Shown here piece after piece: positions 1 to 7,978 of a stretch of 44,220 nt of DNA. This DNA comes from a virus (lineage: Duplodnaviria; Caudoviricetes). The position numbers and the translations under genes were made by a program. The number at the start of each line of letters is the position of its first letter. The stretch's first letter is position 1. The notes beneath the pieces were generated by a model that was not told the DNA's origin, did no database searches, and saw only the letters and a list, made by a program, of their open reading frames with translations. The stretch is from IMG/VR virus record IMGVR_UViG_3300017644_000118, positions 1-44,220 of that record, one strand, 5' to 3'.

Positions 1-198
1 ATGAATGCGGTTGCGCAGGGAAATGAATACGACGACGAAATTGAATTGGTTCTCGCCTACCACAAAGGTGATGCGCGGGCTGCGATAGAATCACTGCTTA
101 AGGATCGGGATTTTCTCGTCAAGGAAATCGAGTGTGCCAGTCTGGCTATGTCGATGGGCTTTGCGCGTGGCTGGAAGCCGACAATCTTCGTGAAGTGA
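1..198 (+). CDS. Small conserved hypothetical protein (Rhizobiales type, typically near SOS/SRAP genes)
   Basis: 65-aa ORF, 1 nt from the next ORF; family recalled, not searched. Confidence 0.6.
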   Translation: MNAVAQGNEYDDEIELVLAYHKGDARAAIESLLKDRDFLVKEIECASLAMSMGFARGWKPTIFVK

Positions 199-199
199 A

Positions 200-409
200 A
201 TGCGAACGGTACTGCGAGAACTGCGCCCGCGAAACGTGGTGCGCTTTAGCTGTGCCAATTGCCGTCACTATCTGGAAAAGTCCGCTCCGCTTATGGCTGC
301 GCGCTTCGGAGAGTGGGTTACGCTCGAAGAGATCGAGCCACGACTGGTTTGCAGCAAATGCGGCAACAGAGCGGGCAACTTCATCAGCTACGGACTGCCA
401 GACAAATGA
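200..409 (+). CDS. Zn-ribbon hypothetical protein
   Basis: Two CxxC motifs (CANC, CSKC) in 69 aa. Confidence 0.65.
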   Translation: MRTVLRELRPRNVVRFSCANCRHYLEKSAPLMAARFGEWVTLEEIEPRLVCSKCGNRAGNFISYGLPDK

Positions 410-753
410 TGCAGCTGAAATGGGAACGAACGGTCATCGGCGGACAGACGCGCCCCGGAGACTTCATTGCCTATACGGACTGGGGCGATTTCTGTCGCAT
501 CCTGAGAAGCGATTTCGGCCCCGACGCGGGAACTTGGAAATGGGCACTGGTCTGCACCCGAAGCCCCTCTCAGGCTCTGCCCTGCGGCGTCTGTGAGAAC
601 AGGGAAGAAGTCGTCACCCTTGTGAAAAGGATGTTTGAAGAGTTGTGGCGTAGGAAGCAGCTGGAATTTGATCGGCCATTCATGTGGGCATTCAAGCCCC
701 ACAGCCGAGAAGCTCCATCTCGGCTTAACTGGGACGCCGCGCCTCGAAGCTGA
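406..753 (+). CDS. Hypothetical protein
   Basis: ATG at 406 overlaps the upstream stop (ATGA); protein starts MMQLKWERTVIGG. Confidence 0.55.
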   Translation: MMQLKWERTVIGGQTRPGDFIAYTDWGDFCRILRSDFGPDAGTWKWALVCTRSPSQALPCGVCENREEVVTLVKRMFEELWRRKQLEFDRPFMWAFKPHSREAPSRLNWDAAPRS

Positions 754-1483
754 TGATCTCGTCGCCATTGTGCGGTGCTCTTCCATGCTGGTAGTTACCA
801 GACACCACGACATCCACAAAACCCGCACGTTGGAGCGCCATCAAGAATTCTTCGACACCCCACCACCGCAACTTGAACAAATCAATCTCAGATTTCACAA
901 GGTTTCCATCCCGCCATTGTTCATAGCGGAGATGGCTGAGTGTGGTCTGCGCAACATAGTCGGTTTCGACCCGATGATCTGTGAGCGTGAGCAGATCGCC
1001 GTCTTCTGTAGTCCAACGCCGTACCGAACCGGTCGGGCCAAGGAAACTCCCGATGGGATCGAGGTCCATGATCAATTTCGCGCCGGGAACCAGATGATCA
1101 TAAAACCGCCTCAGCACAGCGGTCGCAGATCTCGTATCAGTCACCAACTGAAATGAACCAGCTGGGACGATGATGGCTGCAAAGCCTTTGCCATAGGAGA
1201 AACCTTCGAATGTCTCTCGTATCAAATTCGCGGAAAGATTGCGCTTCCTGCATTCCTCTTGGCAATAACCAAGCATCTCGTTAGATGCATCGAAACCCTC
1301 TACCGAGAAACCCGCCTCGAGCAACGGCACAAGGACACGGCCGTTGCCGACAGCAGGCTCTAGGATCGGACCTTCGGATTCTCTAAGACGTTGCTGATAA
1401 TATTCTACATCTCCGAAAGAACGCCCGACCGGTTTATCCAGATCATAGACCCAGGAAGCGAGGGTTCCGTAGCGATTGTTCAT
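725..1483 (-). CDS. Class I SAM-dependent methyltransferase
   Basis: Motif I ILEPAVGNGR, post-I VEGFDASNEML, downstream HLVPGAKLIMD. Confidence 0.9.
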   Translation of the reverse strand: MNNRYGTLASWVYDLDKPVGRSFGDVEYYQQRLRESEGPILEPAVGNGRVLVPLLEAGFSVEGFDASNEMLGYCQEECRKRNLSANLIRETFEGFSYGKGFAAIIVPAGSFQLVTDTRSATAVLRRFYDHLVPGAKLIMDLDPIGSFLGPTGSVRRWTTEDGDLLTLTDHRVETDYVAQTTLSHLRYEQWRDGNLVKSEIDLFKLRWWGVEEFLMALQRAGFVDVVVSGNYQHGRAPHNGDEIISFEARRPS

Positions 1484-1588
1484 TCCAGCCTCTTAGAGTT
1501 GATTTGGTCTCGACACTTTCGCCAAACGCGGAATCGACTGGCCTTATAGTTAAAAGGAACGGTCCTTGCCAGTTTTAAGTGCTTCATA

Positions 1589-1726
1589 TGCCTGCTTAAC
1601 GACTGGCCGGAAGCAGCGCACGGCAAGGAATACGAAGAAGCCTTGCAAGCTTGCCTGGCCGATCTTGAAGGATTGCCGAGCACCGCCCGCGAATCCCTTA
1701 TCAAAGCCGCCAACCTGCCGGACTGA
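1589..1726 (+). pseudogene. 5'-truncated DUF982-like remnant
   Basis: Frame reads CLLNDWPEAAHGKEYEEALQACLADLEGLPSTARESLIKAANLPD*, matching the DUF982 pattern (WP..G..Y..A...C...L.G....AR....AA); the N-terminal part of the family sequence is missing. Confidence 0.55.
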
Positions 1727-1873
1727 CAATCCGGCCCTGCCAGTGGCACTGAGATCGTTCAGGCTATCCGTGACGCTCTGAACCATAGCGTGAGGCTAGC
1801 ACGGCCCAGCCCGACGGGTTTTCAAATCTGTCGGGCGCAAATTTGCAGTATATGTTCCACTATCTTTTTGCGC

Positions 1874-1898
1874 GGAACAAAAACGCTGCCTGACTGTT
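1874..1898 (+). promoter_or_regulatory. Putative EcfG (general stress sigma) promoter
   Basis: GGAAC-N17-GTT (ggaac aaaaacgctgcctgact gtt), ending 27 nt before the ATG at 1926. Confidence 0.55.
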
Positions 1899-1925
1899 AA
1901 GCCGAAACCCAAAAAGGCCGAGGCT

Positions 1926-2120
1926 ATGACAGAACTCAAGAACCACCATAATGATGCACGGCTAGCACCTCGCGGGATACCAAGAACCCTCCAGTCCGCC
2001 GAAGCAATAGCCCAATCTTTAAAAGCTCGCCTGACAAAGGATTTTTCAGATGAGAGAGAGGAGCAGTTTTCAGAGCTACTTGCACGACTGGAGCAGGCAG
2101 AGAAAAAGGATTCATCTTGA
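1926..2120 (+). CDS. NepR-like anti-sigma factor protein
   Basis: 64 aa; disordered N-terminus, then EAIAQSLK...FSELLARLEQAE two-helix pattern; GAGG RBS. Confidence 0.5.
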   Translation: MTELKNHHNDARLAPRGIPRTLQSAEAIAQSLKARLTKDFSDEREEQFSELLARLEQAEKKDSS

Positions 2121-2316
2121 TAATAGTTAAACTTCTCCAGAACAATATAATGAAAGTCCACTCTTTAAAAATACAACCTGCCCTTAAGTGACCTTAATTG
2201 TTCTCTTGCTATCAAATCACAAACAGTCCACCCTTAATTGTCAGTGTTTTGATTGAATACGGGCGCTCCTGACACGGGTCAAATGGCCCTTGCCCGCAAT
2301 TTGAAAGGAGGACGCG

Positions 2317-2541
2317 ATGTCTTCCAATATCTATAATGGCGATTTTCACTCAAACCATCGCATTCTGAAGCAGATGATTATTAAGGCTGGCTATCTCACG
2401 TCCAGGATGAAACCCCTGCCGGGACCCCATTATAATGAGTCAGCGTTAATTCTGAAGAGTTTTATGGATGGAGTAATGGGCGACATTCAAACAGACCCAG
2501 GTCCACAAACGGAAGTGTCGTCCGCCTATGGCACGGCTTAA
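2317..2541 (+). CDS. Hypothetical protein
   Basis: Strong RBS AAAGGAGG before the ATG; hairpin downstream at 2553-2576. Confidence 0.55.
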   Translation: MSSNIYNGDFHSNHRILKQMIIKAGYLTSRMKPLPGPHYNESALILKSFMDGVMGDIQTDPGPQTEVSSAYGTA

Positions 2542-2848
2542 AAATTATCCTCGAGAGGGCCCAAACTGGGCCTCTCAAATAATAATTTTTGAAATCGTTA
2601 TTTCACTGTAAAAACAATGGAAATATTAAGCGAGTTAAGAAGCTTTCTCCACTTTATTGCCCCATAATTTATTAATCGTTTGACAATTTTTATTTAACCA
2701 TCTAAAAGACAATTATCGATATTTTCTTGCTGAGCTTTGCTTGCTGCGCGATTAGCACCGTGCGATGAACGAAAACTCCCTTTTAAAAATCGTTTCGTCT
2801 CTGCGTTTTTCTAAACGCGGTTTTTAATATACTATGAAAGGGGTTCAA

Positions 2849-3058
2849 ATGAACACCGGCACAGTTAAATGGTTTAATGCAGCAAAAGGCTTTGGCTTTA
2901 TCCAGCCTGAAAACGGCGGTTTGGATGCGTTTGTTCACATCTCCGCTGTTGAGCGAGCGGGTATGCATACGCTCAATGAAGGCCAGAAACTGACTTATGA
3001 TCTGGAACAGGATCGCAAGTCGGGGAAAATGTCCGTTTGTAATTTGCAGGCGGCTTGA
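2849..3058 (+). CDS. cspA: Cold-shock protein (CspA family)
   Basis: MNTGTVKWFN; RNP1 KGFGFI; RNP2 FVHIS; 69 aa; long AT-rich upstream region with TTGACA at 2680. Confidence 0.97.
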   Translation: MNTGTVKWFNAAKGFGFIQPENGGLDAFVHISAVERAGMHTLNEGQKLTYDLEQDRKSGKMSVCNLQAA

Positions 3059-3121
3059 ATGAAGTTTCTTCTTTCTCGTGACCACGGATGTACTGGCACA
3101 AAAGAAAGAAGTTGACTTTAG

Positions 3122-3147
3122 GGTCGGGCATTCGCCCGACCTTTTTT
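3122..3147 (+). terminator. Rho-independent terminator after csp
   Basis: ggtcgggc-attc-gcccgacc followed by T6. Confidence 0.85.
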
Positions 3148-3186
3148 ATTGCTCGGCGAGGGAGCCAACACAAAAGAGAGATTAAA

Positions 3187-3387
3187 ATGAATAACCATGA
3201 AGAGAATATCGGCCTTACCATTCCGAACACTAACTTTAGCGTGGCGAAACATGCTGTTGCTACGCAGCGCGATATTGAAGACGCTCACAAACAGATGTCA
3301 TCACCCTCAGAGGATTGGTCAAAGCTTTCCAATATACTTAGACGGTCATGCGGAGGCTCATCGCGAAAACGTTCTTTTCGTAGATAG
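3187..3387 (+). CDS. Hypothetical protein (uncertain)
   Basis: ATG at 3187 after a purine-rich RBS-like sequence; no motif recognised. Confidence 0.3.
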   Translation: MNNHEENIGLTIPNTNFSVAKHAVATQRDIEDAHKQMSSPSEDWSKLSNILRRSCGGSSRKRSFRR

Positions 3388-3467
3388 GCAATATTTGAGA
3401 TAATGGCTTATGATGCCGTCCCTACTTCCGTGCGCGGTTCTCGTATAGGGGCTTTTCTAGACATGTC

Positions 3468-3776
3468 TCAAATTAATTTCAGCCCACCGCTGATAACGAA
3501 TACTACAAACGCTGTTCCGATACCACTGATCACAATCCACATGATCCTGGAAAGCGTTGACTGGATGCTTTTGACCGAGCTTTCCAACCCGGAGAATCGC
3601 GTATCGATCCGCGCATCCATCGCCACCCACTTTTCATCATGGCGAGCGCTGTCTATGTCTCTCTGGCGCTGCCAAGCTTCCAGTGTCGTCAATCTCTGAT
3701 TACTCGTTTGCGCCGCATGTTCCAGCCCCACGACGCGGGCGCGAAGATCGGTTTCATTGTCCGGCATGTCCATCAC
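3468..3776 (-). CDS. XhlA-like/holin-like membrane protein
   Basis: Coiled-coil N-terminus and a single C-terminal TM helix (IMWIVISGIGTAFVVFVI); last gene of the lysis cassette. Confidence 0.65.
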   Translation of the reverse strand: MMDMPDNETDLRARVVGLEHAAQTSNQRLTTLEAWQRQRDIDSARHDEKWVAMDARIDTRFSGLESSVKSIQSTLSRIMWIVISGIGTAFVVFVISGGLKLI

Positions 3777-3988
3777 TTCCAGCAGCCCCGCCGTTTTCCG
3801 TTTTCATCGTTGCCTTCAACCCGTTCCGCTGCTGGCCGGTCCACTTTGGTCAGCGCGACCAGACCGGCAGGCGATAGGTTATTCTGTCTCCACCCCGCGC
3901 AGCTCGTCGCACTGGTCGACTGACAACCCGCGACGACGAAGGGCAAGAACACAAAAATCAAAATCCGTAAGCCCGCGTAATTTTTCAT
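3773..3988 (-). CDS. Putative o-spanin (Rz1-like lipoprotein)
   Basis: Signal peptide with lipobox VAGC; overlaps the 3' half of the i-spanin gene in another frame. Confidence 0.7.
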   Translation of the reverse strand: MKNYAGLRILIFVFLPFVVAGCQSTSATSCAGWRQNNLSPAGLVALTKVDRPAAERVEGNDENGKRRGCWK

Positions 3989-4160
3989 CGTCCTTGCCCC
4001 TTTCCTTTTCGGCTTTGACGGTTTCGCGCAATTGCTCAGAAACGGCTTGCTGACGGCCTTCACGCTTTCCGGTGAGATATCCAGCCGCCACAAGCAGAAA
4101 CGCCGCCAGAACGGCAGCGAGCGAGTATTTCAGCCATGAAGGAATGATCGCCCAGATCAT
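3879..4160 (-). CDS. Putative i-spanin (Rz-like)
   Basis: N-terminal TM helix, then a charged helical domain with Cys residues; ATGA overlap with the endolysin stop. Confidence 0.7.
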   Translation of the reverse strand: MIWAIIPSWLKYSLAAVLAAFLLVAAGYLTGKREGRQQAVSEQLRETVKAEKERGKDDEKLRGLTDFDFCVLALRRRGLSVDQCDELRGVETE

Positions 4161-4915
4161 GCCTCTTTCCTCACCCGCTGGATGAAGAAGTACAGACCGA
4201 CCCCGACAAGCGCGACCATTGCGACAGCCAGCGCCCACTGCATCGGGCCGGAACCGTCAGCCATTGCACCGACGCCGGTAATCAGCCCGCCAAGCGGCCC
4301 CCAAGCTTCGGGTTTCTTCAGCACTTCTTTCAAGGACGTATCCGACTGTACGGCCTTGCCTGTCGGAACCTGTGGTGCCGGAGAAGGAGAAGGCGCGGTA
4401 TCTCGTGAGAAAGCCAGAGCGCGAGACCGAACCCGCGAGACACGCGAAGTCCAGCCTTTGCCGAACGTCGAGAACGTGCCGAGGCCTTTCAGCCATGCCA
4501 GACGCGCATCGCACAGTTCGTTGATGATCCGGTCGGCGGCGATCTTGCGAACGGCAGCGAGCGTCTTTGCTCCGATTACGCCGTCCTGATCGACGCCGAC
4601 GACTTTCTGGAGCATCTTGACGGCGCGGGCTGGACCAGAGTGGATAGCAAAATCCAGCGTGGCATAATCCACACCGGCAGGCAGATCATCACCGGAAACC
4701 TTATTCCAGTAATTCTCCCGGTAGATATCCGTCGCCTTGGCTTTGGTCAGCGCCTTCACTTCGGCTTTCGAGACACGACGCCCTTCCCAGGCTGACAGCG
4801 TAGCGAGCGTGATGCCCATATTCGTTGCACCGCCGGGGTCTTTCGGATGATCGACGTACCCGCCCTCTTCCGAGAAGACATGTGGCATCGCTTTGGCAAA
4901 GGTTCCCTTGGCCAT
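4157..4915 (-). CDS. Endolysin, GH108 with PG-binding domain and C-terminal hydrophobic segments
   Basis: EGGYVDHPKDPGGATNMGIT catalytic motif; DGVIGAKT; FGKGWTSRV. Confidence 0.93.
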   Translation of the reverse strand: MAKGTFAKAMPHVFSEEGGYVDHPKDPGGATNMGITLATLSAWEGRRVSKAEVKALTKAKATDIYRENYWNKVSGDDLPAGVDYATLDFAIHSGPARAVKMLQKVVGVDQDGVIGAKTLAAVRKIAADRIINELCDARLAWLKGLGTFSTFGKGWTSRVSRVRSRALAFSRDTAPSPSPAPQVPTGKAVQSDTSLKEVLKKPEAWGPLGGLITGVGAMADGSGPMQWALAVAMVALVGVGLYFFIQRVRKEA

Positions 4916-4948
4916 TGTGTTTTCCTTACTTTGTGAGATGATCGATTA

Positions 4949-5018
4949 GCGCTGCTGAAGTTACCCTCCCTTACAGCGCGACCTCGGTAGCGACCTTCCC
5001 AGCACCGAGGTTTTTTTT
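4949..5018 (+). ncRNA. Candidate sRNA with two C-rich (anti-SD-like) hairpin loops and a U-tail
   Basis: gcgctg/cagcgc stem with a CCCTCCC loop; acctcggt/accgaggt stem with a CCTTCCC loop, then a T run. Confidence 0.45.
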
Positions 5019-5305
5019 GGGGGCACGAATTAAAATGTTAACAATCGCGCCTTTAATGTGAGACTGGGCGCTTATCGTCGCTTTCAGCTTGATTTCCCAA
5101 GGCGCCTGCCCCGGTTAATGAAACCTTGCCGGGGCTTTCCATTTGAATGAACATTCTCACTCCTCTTGGGTTGGCCCTTAAGGAGGTGCCAATGGCTCAT
5201 TCATTTACGATCACATCGAATGGATATTGTGGGCGTTAATGGCGCTAGCTGCCGCCATCGTTATAACAGTTTTCTTCTATTATGACGGGAACGGAAACCG
5301 GCGTT

Positions 5306-5328
5306 AAAAAAACCACCCTAAAGGCGGT
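5306..5328 (-). terminator. Terminator downstream of the tail fibre gene
   Basis: Minus strand accgcc-tttag-ggtggt followed by a T run. Confidence 0.6.
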
Positions 5329-5354
5329 GCGGATCGTCAAGTCTTCAGTAACGG

Positions 5355-5456
5355 TTAGGCCGGGAACAGGAGCTCAGCCGCCCTCTCGTCCCCGAACAGC
5401 TCAGTCGCCATCGTCTCTAGCAGCGGCCAAAGCTCACGATCTGAGCGGAAGGTGTT
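5355..5456 (-). pseudogene. C-terminal remnant of a lost tail-fibre-associated gene
   Basis: Reads NTFRSDRELWPLLETMATELFGDERAAELLFPA* and begins abruptly at the tail fibre stop codon. Confidence 0.5.
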
Positions 5457-6924
5457 ATGAACGATTTTCCAATGCTTCCAATCTGGCGGTAAGTTCCTGA
5501 ATTTTCGCAATCAGGTGAGGTACTAGCCGGTCATACATGACGCCGACCGCCCTTGGCTCATCGAGTTTCACCTCACGTGGAACCCGCTCTACAATCTCAA
5601 TCTCGCGGTTCTCAATTGTTTCCTCTCCGGTTTCTTCGTTGAGAACCAGTTCATCCACCGAGACCGTTGACCGTTTTTCATCATAAATGGTCTCGGAAGT
5701 CTGCCAATGAACAAGACGAGGATCGACTTCCGCGACTTCTTCGGCAATAAGACCGTAATAGCTCCATTCTGGGTTATCGAGCGTACAAAGCGAACGATAC
5801 CAGACTGGTCGCAATTCCATGATCAGATCACGGTGTTCACTGTCCAAATCTTCAACGTCAGTCTTGAACTGGCCAGAAGAGGTAGACCGAGCGAAAGCGG
5901 CGGAGGAAGTCAGATAGACGTTTGCTGCTGAAGCGGTGGTGTTGTCATAAGCCCACTGGCTAGTTAGCGGGCCAGTCGGTATCGTAACGCCAGCCGCCGC
6001 AGATAGCGAGATAGGTCCGGAACCATTGTTAGACAACTGGAAAGTGCCGTTCGTTCCGGCGTTACGAACTATTCGCGCACTTCTGTCAACAGCTCCGGGC
6101 GCACCTTCAGCGTGAAAGTCAACAAAAGCCGCCCTATCGCCAGAGAGCCCTCTGCCTAGTTCAACCGCGCTCGTATTTTCAAGATTAACTTGCAGTGCGG
6201 AAATATCGCTTGGCATCTCTACCCATACAGAAAAGACACCATTCACACAGTTGCAGGTCCATGCTCGATTGGTATCTCGCTCATAATAGAACTGTCGTAG
6301 ATAGGTTGATGTTTGGGGTACTGCAAAAACAAGTCCAACACCAGACCCAGACGGCCTGTTTGTCGTTGAAGTATTGGCATAAAACACACCGAACTCGCGA
6401 GCGTCACGGGTGCTTGCCAGTGCTGATCCAGCGCCTGACTGCAACCGTGTTGGAAATTGCCCGTTAGGAACCTCCCCCAGGTCGCCATAGATTTGCGCGC
6501 CTGTCGCCCGACCAAGGATCGTGCGGGCGAAGGCTGTCAAACCCGTAAGTCCTGCCGTTCCCGCGCCCGTAAAATACGCCATTGTATCGGCGGCGCTTGT
6601 CAGTCCGGCTAAAGCTTCCAGGTTCCCGCTTGCCAACTTCTCAATCAGATCACGAGCCGCGCCTTGATACCGGCTTCCGTCTGGCTGGAAGCGGATACGC
6701 AATGGCTGCCCAGCACCCGCCGCCGATGCAGGGCAAGGCTGCATCAGTGTGCCGGAGTTCTGGCCCGTGATCGAGGCGATGATAAGCACGTTGCCGGATC
6801 GGGTAATGATTTCGTCACCGGCCTGCACCGCAGCGGCTTGCAGAGCGCTGCCGGAGGTGGTGAAATTTGGGCTGCCAGATGTCAAGGTCAGACTGCCAGT
6901 CACATAATCGGGGCGAATAGCCAT
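5455..6924 (-). CDS. Tail fibre with C-terminal peptidase S74 intramolecular chaperone
   Basis: N-terminal virion anchor; SS..FKTDVEDL, ELRPVWY, YGLIAEEV and YDRLVPHLI..IQEL motifs. Confidence 0.9.
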   Translation of the reverse strand: MAIRPDYVTGSLTLTSGSPNFTTSGSALQAAAVQAGDEIITRSGNVLIIASITGQNSGTLMQPCPASAAGAGQPLRIRFQPDGSRYQGAARDLIEKLASGNLEALAGLTSAADTMAYFTGAGTAGLTGLTAFARTILGRATGAQIYGDLGEVPNGQFPTRLQSGAGSALASTRDAREFGVFYANTSTTNRPSGSGVGLVFAVPQTSTYLRQFYYERDTNRAWTCNCVNGVFSVWVEMPSDISALQVNLENTSAVELGRGLSGDRAAFVDFHAEGAPGAVDRSARIVRNAGTNGTFQLSNNGSGPISLSAAAGVTIPTGPLTSQWAYDNTTASAANVYLTSSAAFARSTSSGQFKTDVEDLDSEHRDLIMELRPVWYRSLCTLDNPEWSYYGLIAEEVAEVDPRLVHWQTSETIYDEKRSTVSVDELVLNEETGEETIENREIEIVERVPREVKLDEPRAVGVMYDRLVPHLIAKIQELTARLEALENRS

Positions 6925-7172
6925 TACGCGCTCCTCTTGGTCTTTTGAGCGGCTTCAAGGTCTTTGTTGCGCTGCTCTAGCTCTGTGCGCAGGTTCTCTA
7001 TCTGGGCTTCCAGCATGGCACTGTGACTACGCTGAACAGCCAGTTCGTTAGCCAAAACCAAGTTTCTATCTCGGTAATAGGCATTGAGAGCCGCATATTC
7101 ACCAGCCGCCGCCATCGGATCGATTTGCACGTGCGTAGGCTTCGCCGGTTCATTCACCGTCGTTTCGGTCAT
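6924..7172 (-). CDS. Hypothetical coiled-coil tail-region protein
   Basis: Translationally coupled to the tail fibre gene (TAATG). Confidence 0.75.
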   Translation of the reverse strand: MTETTVNEPAKPTHVQIDPMAAAGEYAALNAYYRDRNLVLANELAVQRSHSAMLEAQIENLRTELEQRNKDLEAAQKTKRSA

Positions 7173-7187
7173 GTCGGTTTTCCTGAA

Positions 7188-7526
7188 TTAAATGAGTACG
7201 AAGAAGCGGACTGTTCGCGCTCTGCCGTCGATATTGCGAACGCGACAGACGGTGTAAGGCTCCCACATCTCGGCGCAGTAGGTTCCTCGGTTAGCCTGCA
7301 CCCCGTCAGAGCCTCGCAACACCACATAAGGGATTGCACCTGTGGGGTTTGGTATGGAGAAGTCCTGACTGCCAGCCCCGCCGAATGTCACTATTCCTGA
7401 ATAGGCGGGCCGCATTGGCTCCATTCCTGGATAGAGCGCCATGTTTTCCGGTGAAGCCACAGCGGCGTCATACCCCGGCTTGGATATCTGAAGCCCCGCC
7501 GGACTGAGAATGATCCTCCGAGCCAT
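7188..7526 (-). CDS. Small tail-tip protein
   Basis: Start MARRIILSPAGLQISKPG overlaps the upstream stop. Confidence 0.75.
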   Translation of the reverse strand: MARRIILSPAGLQISKPGYDAAVASPENMALYPGMEPMRPAYSGIVTFGGAGSQDFSIPNPTGAIPYVVLRGSDGVQANRGTYCAEMWEPYTVCRVRNIDGRARTVRFFVLI

Positions 7527-7978
7527 CACAACAGCCTGTTCTTGAACACGATGTACTTGATTTTCAGCGTCTGGGAAAAGGTATACCCGGTGCATCGCCA
7601 CCATATTCCGTTAGTCGAAACGGCGCATTTCACATCGACAGGATATCGATCCGTGGCAGCAGATGTATCATTCGGGAATATCACGCGGTTGTTAAGTCCT
7701 CCCTCGCTGTCGATGCAGACAGTAAAGAACACCAAAGGAATGTATCCCAAATCTGGGAAATCAACCTTCAGAATGTAGTCGTATCGACCGCCAGCCCCAC
7801 CGCTCCCATTGTTTATCATCACGTCACCGGCGGGCGCGCCTCTTTGGTGAACCTTCAGATAATCGTTGTCGGATGAGACAATGGCGGGGTCAGCAAGACT
7901 GGTTGCGCTATAGCCCGGAGGCGAAATGCGAAACAGCATTCGTGAACCAAGCTGCCCCATGAAGATGCGATTTGTCAT
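7526..7978 (-). CDS. Small tail-tip protein
   Basis: ATGA coupling; N-terminal motif shared with both neighbours. Confidence 0.75.
   Translation of the reverse strand: MTNRIFMGQLGSRMLFRISPPGYSATSLADPAIVSSDNDYLKVHQRGAPAGDVMINNGSGGAGGRYDYILKVDFPDLGYIPLVFFTVCIDSEGGLNNRVIFPNDTSAATDRYPVDVKCAVSTNGIWWRCTGYTFSQTLKIKYIVFKNRLL

Noticed and set aside
1854-1868. Possible LexA box upstream of the NepR-like gene (gttc-N7-tttt)
   Set aside because: The second half-site is too degenerate; the EcfG-type motif fits better
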